Assembly (NCBI GenBank): GCA_963696385.1
Contig: CAVOKF010000004.1
Span: 352,001 to 416,000 of the forward strand
Length of the DNA: 64,000 nt
Direction: 5' to 3'
From: an uncultured delta proteobacterium
Lineage (GTDB): Bacteria; Myxococcota_A; Polyangia; Polyangiales; Polyangiaceae
Below the pieces are notes generated by a model. The model ran no database searches and was not told the origin of the DNA. It saw nothing but the letters and a program-made list of their open reading frames with translations. The position numbers and the translations under genes are program-made. Below, in pieces: positions 8,574 through 19,275 of this stretch (its first letter is position 1; each line of letters begins with the position of its first letter).

Positions 8574-10499
8574 ATGGTCCGGCGCGTCATTTGGATAGCG
8601 GGAGCCGTACTCGGCGCCGCGGTGGTCCTGTTCGCGACCGGCCGCCTGGGTTCGTTCCGATCTTCGCAACACGCGAGGGAGCCTTTGGTGTCGCCGGGCC
8701 CCGCCGTGGCGTCCGACAAGCCCATGCCTTCCGCGCCGGCGGACGAATCGCGATCGCATCCGTTCCGCGTGCCCGCCGGCCACGCCCCATCCTTGTCGTG
8801 CGACGCCGCGCGAGCAATCGTCGCGCAAGCGCGCGACCAGCTCGGCTACGTGCCGGACCCGGTGGACGCCCGTTCCCTTTCCGAGGCCGCCGCCGATTGG
8901 CTCGATCCGTATGGTCTTTGGACCGTCGCCCCGGATGCGCCCGTGTCCGACGTTTTCGACCGCCGCGCCGTCGCTCTTCTGGCCGACCTCGAGGGCCGAT
9001 CGCACGGCTGCGAGACGGCGAAAGCCATCGGCGATTCGCTCGCCGCCTGGACATCCGAGCTGCGCGCGGTGTTCGACGAAGCGAGCGCCCGGAGCCCCGT
9101 CGGGGCCGACGCGCTGGACGCAGCTTCGTCGGCCGCTTTCGAAGGCGCCACCGTGACTCGTCCGGCACGCGCATTGGCGGCGACCCTCGGCCGCCGCATC
9201 GGCATCGTCGCGCGGGCGCTCGGCGAGCGAGCGGCTCCCTACGTCGAGGCGGCGCGCGAGCGGTACTTTCCCATGCTGGACGGCGAAGGGTGGGCCCGAC
9301 TCGTTCTGGCCGCTGCGGTTCGGGCGTACGTGCCGGCCATCGATCCGCACGGGGCATGGGCTCCGATGGACGAGGAGTCGAGTGTGTATGAGGTCGATCT
9401 GGAGGCGCGGCCGCCGGGGCGGCTTTGGGAAAAAGCCGATCGCACGGCGATCGGCATCAAGATCGACTCGGGCGCCACGGCGCCTCTCGCCGACGGGGAC
9501 GTCGTCCTCTCGCTCGCCGGTGTGGCCACGGCGGGTCTCAGCTACGAGCAGATGGAGCAGCTCGGGTATGCTACGTCCGAGGCGCACCCGGCTGCGCAAG
9601 CGGTCGTTCTGCGCGAAGGAGAGCGGTTGCCTCTGACGGTTTCGCTCGAGGGTGCCGACGGCGACCCGAAGAGCGCCGCCGAAAGCGGCGACGATGCCGA
9701 TGATCTTCCGGTCGAGCGGTTCGAATACGGCGATGGGGACGCGATCGTCGTCGGCATCCACGACGTGCGCGACGATCTGGGCGATGAGCTGACGCGATCG
9801 ATTCTGCACCAACGAGAGCGCGACGGCCGTTCCATCACCGGCGTGGTCCTCGATCTCCGTGGCAATGGGGGCGGATCGACCGACGGAGCCATCGATGCGC
9901 TCGGTTTGTTTCTGCCGGGAGCGCCGTTGTTCCCCATGAAGAGGCGCGATGGATCCGTCGAAACCGATCGCGCACCAGAGCCCCCGAACGTCGACCGCTG
10001 GTCAGGCCCCGTCGCGACCCTCGTCGACGGGGACACGGCGAGCGCCGCGGAGATGCTCGCGGGCGCGCTGGCGTCCTATCGTCGTGGCCCGATGGTCGGG
10101 GCGACGACGTTCGGCAAGGGGTGTGCGCAGGAGTACCTCGACGACGACATCCGAGAAGGAGTGCTCCGGTTGACCACTCTGTTGTACGCGTTGCCCGACG
10201 GCACACCCGTGCAGCGCGTGGGGCTCACGCCGAACGTGCGCTTTCCCTTTGGCATCGACGGCAACGATCGAGAGGCGACCTTGCCCCACGCGCCGCCGCT
10301 GTGGCGCGGTCCCGACGTAAGGGACCGCTCCGTGCTCGCACACGTCGACGATGGAACTTGGACGACCGCCTGGCCGCCGAACGGTGGCAATGTCGGCCCG
10401 TGCAAGGATGCCGACGTCTGCCGATCTCTTCGGTTGCTTGGCGCGATGGCTCCCACCGCGCGCCGCACGACCCGGGGGGTCACGAACAAAGGTCGCTAG
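8574..10499 (+). CDS. S41 family carboxy-terminal processing protease, membrane-anchored/secreted
   Basis: N-terminal hydrophobic segment; DPH, LDLRGNGGG, TASAAE (catalytic Ser), TFGKG (catalytic Lys). Confidence 0.88.
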   Translation: MVRRVIWIAGAVLGAAVVLFATGRLGSFRSSQHAREPLVSPGPAVASDKPMPSAPADESRSHPFRVPAGHAPSLSCDAARAIVAQARDQLGYVPDPVDARSLSEAAADWLDPYGLWTVAPDAPVSDVFDRRAVALLADLEGRSHGCETAKAIGDSLAAWTSELRAVFDEASARSPVGADALDAASSAAFEGATVTRPARALAATLGRRIGIVARALGERAAPYVEAARERYFPMLDGEGWARLVLAAAVRAYVPAIDPHGAWAPMDEESSVYEVDLEARPPGRLWEKADRTAIGIKIDSGATAPLADGDVVLSLAGVATAGLSYEQMEQLGYATSEAHPAAQAVVLREGERLPLTVSLEGADGDPKSAAESGDDADDLPVERFEYGDGDAIVVGIHDVRDDLGDELTRSILHQRERDGRSITGVVLDLRGNGGGSTDGAIDALGLFLPGAPLFPMKRRDGSVETDRAPEPPNVDRWSGPVATLVDGDTASAAEMLAGALASYRRGPMVGATTFGKGCAQEYLDDDIREGVLRLTTLLYALPDGTPVQRVGLTPNVRFPFGIDGNDREATLPHAPPLWRGPDVRDRSVLAHVDDGTWTTAWPPNGGNVGPCKDADVCRSLRLLGAMAPTARRTTRGVTNKGR

Positions 10500-13317
10500 G
10501 ACCGAAGGCGGCGTGGGCAGGGGCGTCGCCGGTCGAAATCGAAGAGCGAGGGCTACGGAGCTGGTGCAGATCGAGGGGTGACGCCCATGCGCCGCGGTCG
10601 AGGAGCCGGCCGAGCGCGACCCGAACGGCGCGGTGGGGAATCTCGGCGTCGCCGAACACGGCTTCGACGACTTCGGCGATCTTGACACCGCCGGAGCCGC
10701 GGATCTCGACCTCCACCGACAGGGCAACGAGGTCTCCGGCGATGTTCGCGCGCGAAAGCGAGCCGGCGAAGCCGGCATCGGCCAGCCGGGCAGAGCGCAA
10801 GAATTCGCGGACGTTTACCCGCTTACCGATTCCCTCGATGCGGCGTATCACGATCAGTTCGCGCGCTTGGAGCGCCGCTGCCATCCGGTCTTCGATGGCG
10901 GAGATTCCTCCGAGGGCCTCCGCGACGCTCCGGGGAATGCCCACCGCATAACGGGCCGCGTTGACGACCCGCGCAATGCCCGGATCTTCGGGGCCGAGCT
11001 TCGCTCCGGCGACGAAGCGCAGTCCCGGTTGGGACCCCGCCGAAAGGTCGTCGAGAATCGCGGCGGGGTCGAGTTCCGCCTCGATCTTCACGTCGAGCAC
11101 TTCGGTCAGGCTCGCAACGCCCAAGGACAGGGCGGGGGTGAATGTCATGTCGGGCTTGGGGTGGAACCCCTGCGAGTAGTGGAGCGGCAGCGCGAGCCGG
11201 CGAAATGCACGCGGCAGCGCGCGGATCACGTCCAGATGGGACAGGAACGCGGCTGGGCCGACTTTTTCGTAGACGAAGCGATAGCGTCGGGCTTCACCCT
11301 GCGGCAGAGCCCAAGGGCGAGGCTTCCGGTTCGTCTTGGGCGACGGGGCCGGAGCCGGCGGACGCGGCTCGTTGGCACCGAGCTTGGCCAGATAGACGCG
11401 GCGTTGCTCGCGCATGGCCGACAGGTCGCACGCGATCCCGCAATCGTAGCAAACGAGCTTTCGCGATTCATTGTTCGCATCGCGCAGGTTGGTGGCGTGC
11501 ACGAACGCCCCGGCGACCTTTCCGCACGGCAGCGACAGGTGCTGCTTCATGGCCTTGCGATATTCGCGCAACAAGAACCCGTCTTCCAGGCCGACGTCGA
11601 TGTGATCCCAAGGGAGACGCGACGCAACCGGGATGGTCGTCAAATACACCTTCGGGTCGATGCCCTCGGCGCGGAACGCGGATTCCCAGACGGCGATCTT
11701 CTTCTGATCCTCCCACGAATCGAACCGCGCCCCGGCGCGATAGGCCCGCTCGAGGACGGCGGCGAGTGTGCGATCGCCGCGGGCGAACACGGCTTCGAGC
11801 CATGAGGTGTCGCCGTCGTGGACGCGCAGATCGACTCCGGCGCGGTGCGATTCTTCTTCGAGCCAGCGCTGTTTTTGGCGGATGGCGTCCGGGGCATCCA
11901 TGGCGCACCACTGGAACGGCGTGTGCGGCTTCGGAACATGCGTCGAGACACTGACGGTGACCTTGGGGGCGCCGGTCGCACCGAGCTCCTTTCTCACCCG
12001 CTTGCCGATGGCGCGCGCTCGGCCACCCACCTGAGCAATCGCCCGGACGTCCTCTTCCCGCTCGGTCGGCAGACCAATCATGAAGTAGAGCTTCATGGAT
12101 TGCCAGTCGCGCGAGAAGACCCGCTCGGCCGTGGTCAGGAGCTGTTCTTCCGTCACGTTCTTGTTGATGACGTCGCGCATTCGCTGCGTGCCCGCCTCGG
12201 GAGCAAACGTGACTCCGGTCGCGCGCACGCGCGCCATGTCGTCCAAGACGTTCTCCTCGAGCCCGTAGGCGCGAAGGCTGGAAACTCCCAGCGATACCCG
12301 CTTTGGGGCCAGGGCGTCGGCGACCTTCTTGACCAGCGGGGCGATGCAGGAATAGTCGGCGGTCGACAGAGACGTGAGGCTCGCCTCGTCGTATCCGCTC
12401 GAGCGGACCGCACTCACGATCGTGTCGACGATCTGCTCGGGATCCCGTTCGCGCACGGGCCGATAAATCATCCCCGCCTGACAGAACCGGCAGCCCTCGG
12501 TGCACCCCCGCGCGACCTCGATCGATACGCGGTCGAAGATCGCCTCCGGCCCGCCGATCGGCCCATCGTCGGGAAAGGGAAAGCGGTTCAGATCGGCGAT
12601 GATCGTGCGCTCCACCGGAAACGGCAGGTCCCCCGCGGTCGGTCGATCGACCACCGTGAAGCCCGTGTCCGGGTCTCGGTGCGTTACGTAGAGTGACGGT
12701 ACGTACACGCCTTCGAGCGCGGCGAGCGCGCGCAATCGCTCGGCGCGCGAAATTCCGGCGCGCTTGGCGCGCGTCCACGCGAGGGCGACCTCGCTCGTGC
12801 GCTCCTCTCCGTCGCCGATGACGATGGCGTCGAGAAAGGGGGCCAAAGGCTCGGGATGCGTGGCGGTCGGGCCGCCCGCGACGACGAGCGGGTCGTCTTC
12901 CCCGCGCGCATCGGATCGAAGCGGAACACCGCCGAGATCCAGCATCGTCAGTACGTTGGTGTACGTCAGTTCGAACTGCAGCGAGAAGCCGACAACGTCG
13001 AAGTCGCGCAGCGGTCGCGCCGTTTCACTCGACACCAGCGGGATGCCGCGCGATCGGAGTTGCGCCTCCATGTCGATCCACGGCGCGTAGGCTCGTTCGG
13101 CAAGCGTACGCGGGTCATCGTTCAAGATTTTGTAGAGGATCTTGAAACCGAGATGGCTCATCCCGATGTCGTAGATGTCGGGAAACGCCAAGCAGACGCG
13201 CGCCTCCACGGCGCTCCAGTCCTTGACCCGAGCACCGAATTCGCCACCGAGGTACCGGGCGGGCTTCTGGACGAGGTGGACGAACGAAGCATACGGGTGT
13301 TCAGCAAGCCCAGTCAT
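10480..13317 (-). CDS. Radical SAM protein (TIGR03960-type) fused to a DUF2344/TIGR03936-type C-terminal domain
   Basis: KPARYLGGE, FPDIYDIGMSHLG, CTEGCRFC CX3CX2C motif, YFMIGLPTE; C-terminal FLSHLD...YSQGFHPKP. Confidence 0.9.
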   Translation of the reverse strand: MTGLAEHPYASFVHLVQKPARYLGGEFGARVKDWSAVEARVCLAFPDIYDIGMSHLGFKILYKILNDDPRTLAERAYAPWIDMEAQLRSRGIPLVSSETARPLRDFDVVGFSLQFELTYTNVLTMLDLGGVPLRSDARGEDDPLVVAGGPTATHPEPLAPFLDAIVIGDGEERTSEVALAWTRAKRAGISRAERLRALAALEGVYVPSLYVTHRDPDTGFTVVDRPTAGDLPFPVERTIIADLNRFPFPDDGPIGGPEAIFDRVSIEVARGCTEGCRFCQAGMIYRPVRERDPEQIVDTIVSAVRSSGYDEASLTSLSTADYSCIAPLVKKVADALAPKRVSLGVSSLRAYGLEENVLDDMARVRATGVTFAPEAGTQRMRDVINKNVTEEQLLTTAERVFSRDWQSMKLYFMIGLPTEREEDVRAIAQVGGRARAIGKRVRKELGATGAPKVTVSVSTHVPKPHTPFQWCAMDAPDAIRQKQRWLEEESHRAGVDLRVHDGDTSWLEAVFARGDRTLAAVLERAYRAGARFDSWEDQKKIAVWESAFRAEGIDPKVYLTTIPVASRLPWDHIDVGLEDGFLLREYRKAMKQHLSLPCGKVAGAFVHATNLRDANNESRKLVCYDCGIACDLSAMREQRRVYLAKLGANEPRPPAPAPSPKTNRKPRPWALPQGEARRYRFVYEKVGPAAFLSHLDVIRALPRAFRRLALPLHYSQGFHPKPDMTFTPALSLGVASLTEVLDVKIEAELDPAAILDDLSAGSQPGLRFVAGAKLGPEDPGIARVVNAARYAVGIPRSVAEALGGISAIEDRMAAALQARELIVIRRIEGIGKRVNVREFLRSARLADAGFAGSLSRANIAGDLVALSVEVEIRGSGGVKIAEVVEAVFGDAEIPHRAVRVALGRLLDRGAWASPLDLHQLRSPRSSISTGDAPAHAAFGPSDLCS

Positions 13318-13507
13318 GAGCGACTCCTTACCACTACCGCTGCGGAGAGCATGCACTCTCAAGTCCGGTCGCCCCTCAACGAAGCTGCGTGCGTCGTTGA
13401 CCCGCACACACGGGCCCTTGCCGTCCGCCCCTCTTTTTGCCCCTCGCTGCGCCGCCGTAGGATACTACATAGAAGACAACGCTTTAGCCGGACGAGGGTC
13501 TTTCGGA

Positions 13508-14956
13508 GTGTCGCGGGTCCTGATCGTCGACGATAGTCCTTCGGTTCGCTCGCTCTTGGCGGCGCGCTTGAGGGCCTGCGGCTACGAGGTCGACGAAGCC
13601 CACGATGGAGAAAGTGGAGCGGAGAAGGCGGTCTCCGGCGCGCCGGACGTGGTGGTGACCGACCTCCACATGAAGGGCATTTCGGGTGTCCAGCTTTGCC
13701 GCATCCTGCGAAATGACGCCGTCACCGCGCACATTCCGGTGATGCTGTTGACCGCTTCGGGAGACAAGCGCTCACGATTCTGGGCGCGTACCGCCGGGGC
13801 CGCCGCATACCTCAGCAAGGATCGTCTCGACGACCTGGTCGGGCTCCTGCCGACCCTGATCGCGTCGGCTACCGAGCCGGCGCCCGGGGCGGGCGACCAC
13901 GCTCCCCTTCGGCGGCGCACGTTGCAGGAGCGCATGTCGGCCATCCTCGATTCGGCTCTCTTCGAATCGGTCATCGCCGGCGAGGTGCGAGCGCTCGCGA
14001 GCTCCGGCGATCCCGCTCGTCTCTTCGACGGCCTCGTCTCGTTGATGGCCGATGTCCTCACGTATCGCTGGATGGCGGTACTTCCGGCACGGTCGTACGA
14101 GCCCTTGTTCGTGCATTGCCATCCGGAGGAGCGCGATGGCATCGAAGCGGTGACGCTCGGGGTCCTCGGGATTCCGGCCGGCCGTTCGGTACAGGTCGTG
14201 TGCGATGACCGCGCCGTCGCCGGTGGGACGGAATCGCCGGTCGACATGGGAATCGCATTTGGCGGGACTCAAGTGGGTCGGATCGCCCTCACTCCGACGG
14301 CACGCGGACTGTCGCGCGACGACCAACGCACCATAGCGCTCGTGGCAAGCGAGCTGGGCGGTCCGCTCCAGATGAGCGCGCTTTATCAAGATGCGCAGCG
14401 TCTGGCGACGACCGACGCGCTCACCAACCTGCTCAATCGGCGGGCCTTCCTGGAGATTATGGAACGCGAGCGCGCCCGTGCCGACCGGCACGCGTTCGCT
14501 CTGTCGCTTCTATTGCTCGATATCGACCATTTCAAGGCCGTCAACGATTCGCGGGGTCACGCCGCGGGCGATGCGGTTCTGAAAGGCGTGGGGAACGTGT
14601 TGGTGAAGGTCGCCCGCCGGACCGATTGCGTCGCTCGCTGGGGCGGAGAAGAGTTCGTGGTCGCGCTTCCCCAAACGGGCGAAGCGGGGGCGCGCATCGT
14701 GGCTGAACGCTTGCGCCGGGCGATCGCCGAGTCGTCGCATGTCGTCCCTCAGGGCCCGCCCATGACCGTCACGGCGTCGATCGGCATCTCCAGCGCCGAG
14801 GCGCCATGGAAAACCGAGAGCTTGGTCGCCGCCGCGGACGCGGCGATGTACGCAGCGAAGCAGCGGGGGAGAAATCGCGCCGAGATTCTTGCGGCGTCAG
14901 AAATGTCCACCGACGTCCGCCGGATGCGCGCGGCTTCGATTACGTCTTCGAAGTGA
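13508..14956 (+). CDS. Response-regulator diguanylate cyclase (REC-linker-GGDEF)
   Basis: VLIVDD/TDLHM receiver; TDALT, DIDHFKAVND, RRTD I-site and RWGGEEF active site. Confidence 0.93.
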   Translation: MSRVLIVDDSPSVRSLLAARLRACGYEVDEAHDGESGAEKAVSGAPDVVVTDLHMKGISGVQLCRILRNDAVTAHIPVMLLTASGDKRSRFWARTAGAAAYLSKDRLDDLVGLLPTLIASATEPAPGAGDHAPLRRRTLQERMSAILDSALFESVIAGEVRALASSGDPARLFDGLVSLMADVLTYRWMAVLPARSYEPLFVHCHPEERDGIEAVTLGVLGIPAGRSVQVVCDDRAVAGGTESPVDMGIAFGGTQVGRIALTPTARGLSRDDQRTIALVASELGGPLQMSALYQDAQRLATTDALTNLLNRRAFLEIMERERARADRHAFALSLLLLDIDHFKAVNDSRGHAAGDAVLKGVGNVLVKVARRTDCVARWGGEEFVVALPQTGEAGARIVAERLRRAIAESSHVVPQGPPMTVTASIGISSAEAPWKTESLVAAADAAMYAAKQRGRNRAEILAASEMSTDVRRMRAASITSSK

Positions 14957-15716
14957 AGGTCGAAGGCCGCGTCAAACGGTCGGCGGCGTCCGATTTCAGG
15001 GCCGTGGGCAAGGCACCGCATCCGCAGGTCTCGGGAGCGTGGGCCTTGTGATAGACGAGCTCGCAGCGCGGGCAGACGCGGGCATCCGGCTCGAACGAGA
15101 TGACCTTGCCGCTGGCCGCGCAATGTTTGCCGACCACCTGCGGAGGCTCGACCGGCAGCACCGTTCCGGCGCTCGAGCTCGGCTCGGGCAGCGTGGCGTC
15201 TTGCGGGACGTCCACGATGGCGGGTACGCGCTCGCGCGCCTCTTTGACGATCCAGGCGGCCGCTTGCCCATGGGTCGCCGCCTGCGCGACGACGTGCATC
15301 GCCGCCCCGGCATCGTCGTGACCGGTCACGCGCACGGCCTCGCCACGCCATTCGATCCGCTCGACCGCGTACCACGGCATGCGGCGAATGGGGCCCTTCT
15401 CGACCGCGATGCCACGGTCGCCGACGCGCAGCGGGGGCTCGCCGCTCGTCCCGACCCAAATCGCCGCGCCGACGAGCAAGGCCCCCACCGTGAGGATGTA
15501 CGGCGCTATCTTCAACGGTTCGACGGTCGGGTCGCTGATGAGGGGTCCGAGTTTTTCCCAGGCGCCTGCGCCCATCGCCAAAGCGCCGATCGCGCCGATG
15601 GCATAAGACACGATCGGGCTCAACGTCGCGCCGGGCTCGAAACGCCTTTCGTGGCGCGTCTGAGCCTTGTCGCGTTTGGCGGTTTTCGTCTTCTTGGCCA
15701 TATGGGCGGTCGACAT
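14940..15716 (-). CDS. Membrane protein with a PH-like domain and a C-terminal RING-like Zn-finger
   Basis: Two TM segments; C-terminal CAASG...CPRC...YHKAH...CGCG. Confidence 0.65.
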   Translation of the reverse strand: MSTAHMAKKTKTAKRDKAQTRHERRFEPGATLSPIVSYAIGAIGALAMGAGAWEKLGPLISDPTVEPLKIAPYILTVGALLVGAAIWVGTSGEPPLRVGDRGIAVEKGPIRRMPWYAVERIEWRGEAVRVTGHDDAGAAMHVVAQAATHGQAAAWIVKEARERVPAIVDVPQDATLPEPSSSAGTVLPVEPPQVVGKHCAASGKVISFEPDARVCPRCELVYHKAHAPETCGCGALPTALKSDAADRLTRPSTFTSKT

Positions 15717-17146
15717 TAGTCGGATTCGGCCCGTGGGCCAGCACGATGGTCCTCGACGCCCAGGCCTTCCGAGTCAGGGTGCATGCGCGCGATCTCGTCG
15801 TAGAGGTAAACGGCACTCTTGATTCCCAAGTGGTAATTTTCGAGATCGAGCCACTCGTTGGGTGCGTGGGCGTTCTCGTCGGGTTGGCCGAAGCCCATCA
15901 GCAAACACGGTTTGCCGGACGCATCGGCGATGGTCCGCACGAAGGGGATGCTGCCGCCCTCGCGAATGAACACGGTGGGCTTTCCGAACGCCTTGCTGAA
16001 TGCGCGCTTCGCGACGTCGTAGATGGGGTGATCGGTCGGGGCGAGGTACGGCCGTCCGCCGTGCAGCACATCCAGCCGGACTCGCGTCCCCCCGGGCGCG
16101 ATCCTCCGGAGGTGTTCCGCCACCTTGCGCGCGATGTCGTCCGGTTCCTGGTTGGGCACCAGTCGGCAGCTGATCTTGGCCTGTGCCCGCGCCGGGATGA
16201 TGGTCTTGGCCCCGTCGCCCTGGAATCCGCCGCCGATTCCGCAGCAGTCGAGGGTCGGCCGCGCCCAGATGCGCTCGAGGGTCGAGTAGCCTCGCTCACC
16301 CGAGACGCTCGGCGCGCCTGTCGAGGCGAGCCACTCGGCCTCGTCGAACGGCAAATGAGCGATCGCGTCGCGCTCGCCCGCGCTGAGCGGCACGACGTCG
16401 TCGTAGAAGCCCGGGACCGCGACGTGCCCCTCCGCGTCGTGCAGCTGCGCGATCATCCGAGCGAGCGCGTTCACCGGATTGGCGATTCCGCCGCCGAACG
16501 ACCCGGAATGAAGGTCCGACGACGGACCTTCCACGAATACCTCGAGGTAGGACAGCCCCCGCAGCCCCACGCAGAGTGAGGGGATGCCACGGCCGAACAT
16601 CGCCGTGTCGCTGACGCAAACGAAGTCGGCGCGCAGATCCTGCGCGTGATCGCGGAGCAATCCATCGAGGTGGGCGCTGCCGACCTCCTCTTCGCCCTCG
16701 ACGATCATCTTGACGTTGATGGGCGGTCGTCCCGTCGTTCGGATGAAGCTCTCGATCGCTTTCGCGTGGATGTAAACTTGGCCCTTGTCGTCGACGGTGC
16801 CACGGCCCCAGAGGCGTCCCGACCGCACGGCGGGTTCGAAAGGCGGCGAGATCCACTCGCCCAGCGGGTCGACCGGCTGCACGTCGTGATGTCCGTATAC
16901 GAGCAAGGTGGCGCCGCCCGGCGCAGACAGCCATTCGGCGAACACGGCCGGGTGACCCGGCGTCGGCCACACCGCCACTCGATTGGCTCCGAGCTCGCGC
17001 AGTCGTGCGGCAAGATGCTCGGCACTCGCCACGACGTCCGGCGCGTGCGCCGGGTCGCTCGAAACGGATGGGATCCGAACCCAGTCGATGAGCTCATCGA
17101 CGAACCGCTGCCGATGGCGGTCGATGAAAGCAATGACTTCGTGCAT
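15716..17146 (-). CDS. M20 family dipeptidase
   Basis: YGHHDVQP, GRGTVDDKG, EGEEEVGS, DLHSG, GGSIP, AHAPNE. Confidence 0.93.
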   Translation of the reverse strand: MHEVIAFIDRHRQRFVDELIDWVRIPSVSSDPAHAPDVVASAEHLAARLRELGANRVAVWPTPGHPAVFAEWLSAPGGATLLVYGHHDVQPVDPLGEWISPPFEPAVRSGRLWGRGTVDDKGQVYIHAKAIESFIRTTGRPPINVKMIVEGEEEVGSAHLDGLLRDHAQDLRADFVCVSDTAMFGRGIPSLCVGLRGLSYLEVFVEGPSSDLHSGSFGGGIANPVNALARMIAQLHDAEGHVAVPGFYDDVVPLSAGERDAIAHLPFDEAEWLASTGAPSVSGERGYSTLERIWARPTLDCCGIGGGFQGDGAKTIIPARAQAKISCRLVPNQEPDDIARKVAEHLRRIAPGGTRVRLDVLHGGRPYLAPTDHPIYDVAKRAFSKAFGKPTVFIREGGSIPFVRTIADASGKPCLLMGFGQPDENAHAPNEWLDLENYHLGIKSAVYLYDEIARMHPDSEGLGVEDHRAGPRAESD

Positions 17147-17165
17147 GGCGTCGGAGAAGGTACGG

Positions 17166-17783
17166 CTACTTTGCGAGCAGCGCGAGCGCGTCTCGGAGCA
17201 GCTCCTCGAGCGGCGCCGTGCTCGTGCGCTCTTCGAGGGCAGCCGCCGCGCGCTCCGCTTCGGCGGGCTTGAATCCCATCCCGGTGAGCGCGCTCCTCAG
17301 TCGCTCGGCCCCGCCGGTCGCGCGACGCGCCGAGGGGCGGGGCGGGCCGGGATCCGTCCGGGAAACGCCGAGGGTCGTCGGCAGCTTGTCTCGTAGCTCG
17401 AGAAGCAGCCGCTCCGCAATTTTCTTTCCAATGCCTGCGACCGCCGTCAGGGCCCCGAGATCGCGGTGGGCGATGGCGTGCGCAAGATTCGCAGCCGGCA
17501 GGGCGCCGAGTACGGCGATGGCGATCTTCGGGCCGACGTTCGAAACGTTGATGAGCGCTCGAAAGGCGAATCGTTCCGCTTCGTCGGCAAACCCGTAAAG
17601 GGCCAGCGCGTCCTCACGAACGTGGGTGTGCACCCAGAGCGTCACGTGTCCGGCTTCGTCGAGGTGCGTGCGCCCGAGTGTCCCGAGGGGTGCGGCGAGC
17701 TCGTAGCCCACTCCGCCCACGTCGAGCACGATGCCGCCGTCGGCTTCCTGAGCCACGATCCTGCCGGTGAGCCGGCCGATCAT
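17166..17783 (-). CDS. ruvA: Holliday junction branch migration protein RuvA
   Basis: MIGRLTG, GGVGYE, HVRED, LYGF, VSNVGPK, GIGKKIAERLLLELRDK, ALTGMGF. Confidence 0.96.
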   Translation of the reverse strand: MIGRLTGRIVAQEADGGIVLDVGGVGYELAAPLGTLGRTHLDEAGHVTLWVHTHVREDALALYGFADEAERFAFRALINVSNVGPKIAIAVLGALPAANLAHAIAHRDLGALTAVAGIGKKIAERLLLELRDKLPTTLGVSRTDPGPPRPSARRATGGAERLRSALTGMGFKPAEAERAAAALEERTSTAPLEELLRDALALLAK

Positions 17784-17793
17784 GGGCCGAACC

Positions 17794-19275
17794 CTACCAC
17801 GCGCGTTCGCTTGCGCTGCGCCGAGGTGGACCCCCCGGTACGCGCACGCGACTGGAGCCGCGCGATCGCGACGCAGCGAGGGCCGTCGCGCGTTCGGGCG
17901 ACGGTCGCGGCGGGCGCAGCGCCGCGGCAGCGAGGATCGCGAGGACGGGCGTGACGACCACGTGATAGCGGTCCTCCCCGAAGAAGATCGCGTGCGTCGC
18001 GATCGTCGTCCCAAGCAGTCCGAGCGCGAGCGCCAGCGCTGGCGAGAACTTCGGACGGCCCGGAACGGGCAGCCATGGGGCCACTGCCGCCCACACGGCG
18101 AGGGGCCAGAGCGTGGGCGACTCGCGGGTGAACGCGATGAGAGCGAGCAGCGCCGTCACCCCGAGGAGGGCCCCTTGCGCGGTCCACGGTCGAGCGCGAC
18201 GCGGGAGCGGGAAAGCCATGCCTCCGAGGGCAGCGGCTGCGAGCACGAGACGATGCGCAAGACTGGTGACGTCGCGCGCGAAGACCCGCCTGGGTTCGGG
18301 CCACGCGTCCGGCCGCGCCTCGTGCAGGTATTCGACCGCGAACGACTCGTGATCGAACGTGTACCCGAGCTTGGCCGGTATGAGCGCGAGCCAGCGCATT
18401 GGACGAGCGGCGATCTGACCGAGTGCGTACCGAAACCAGCAACGATCCTGCTGAACCTGCCCGGTGACGTCGCGGCACCCGTCGCTCGAACGAAGTGTCT
18501 CGTAGCGCCCGGTTGCGCGCGGGAATGAACCGATGGCGAGATTCCAACCCGTATTGGTGCTCACGAGCGCGCATCCATCCATCACCCTGCAGTTTCGGGC
18601 GGTCCACGGAAGCACCGGCACGAGTGCGAAAAGGCACGCCGCGAGCGCGGCGCGCAGCCGCGCGGGTGTCCGATGGCCACCGAGGACGGCCATGAACGGC
18701 GCACAGAGCAGCGCTTGCGGGCGGGTGAGGGCGGCAACGCCGAGAACGAGAGAGCCGACGACGATGCCGCGGAAAGCGCGCGCGTCGCGGACGGCCAGCC
18801 AGAAGGCCGACAGCGTGAGCAGCGCCGCGAGGGGCTCCGTCATGACGAGCGCGGCGTAGAGAATCAGCCCAGGATGGAGCGCGACGATCAGGCCGGCGAC
18901 GCGAGCGCGCGCGGACGACAGAGCGTGCCGCGCCAGCGCCCAGGTGACGACCGCGACAGCCGCTCCGACGAGCGCATTGGCCACCGCCGCGACCGATGGG
19001 CTCGCACCGAGCACTCGATACCAAAGTGCCAGAAAGCCACTGTAGCCGACCGGATAGTGGCACCACGGGTGCCAGACGAGATGGCCGGCGACGGTCCGGT
19101 CGTCCGAATAGCCGAGTCCCGCCGCGATGCGGCGCGCTCCGTAGTCGTAATAGTGGCCGTCCCAAACCGGTTCGCCCGCGTAGGCGAGGGCCGCGCACAA
19201 CCGGGGCACGAGCGCGACGATGAACAGCAGCGTCCCAAACGCGGTTTCTCGCCGCTCGCCCTCGGGCTGATTCAC
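17794..19275 (-). CDS. ArnT/GT-C (glycosyltransferase family 39-like) polytopic membrane protein
   Basis: VWDGHYYDY, HYPVGY, VMTEPL, ALTRPQ, PWTARN, EDRYH; many TM helices; GTGA overlap with the upstream gene. Confidence 0.75.
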   Translation of the reverse strand: MNQPEGERRETAFGTLLFIVALVPRLCAALAYAGEPVWDGHYYDYGARRIAAGLGYSDDRTVAGHLVWHPWCHYPVGYSGFLALWYRVLGASPSVAAVANALVGAAVAVVTWALARHALSSARARVAGLIVALHPGLILYAALVMTEPLAALLTLSAFWLAVRDARAFRGIVVGSLVLGVAALTRPQALLCAPFMAVLGGHRTPARLRAALAACLFALVPVLPWTARNCRVMDGCALVSTNTGWNLAIGSFPRATGRYETLRSSDGCRDVTGQVQQDRCWFRYALGQIAARPMRWLALIPAKLGYTFDHESFAVEYLHEARPDAWPEPRRVFARDVTSLAHRLVLAAAALGGMAFPLPRRARPWTAQGALLGVTALLALIAFTRESPTLWPLAVWAAVAPWLPVPGRPKFSPALALALGLLGTTIATHAIFFGEDRYHVVVTPVLAILAAAALRPPRPSPERATALAASRSRGSSRVRVPGGPPRRSASERAW

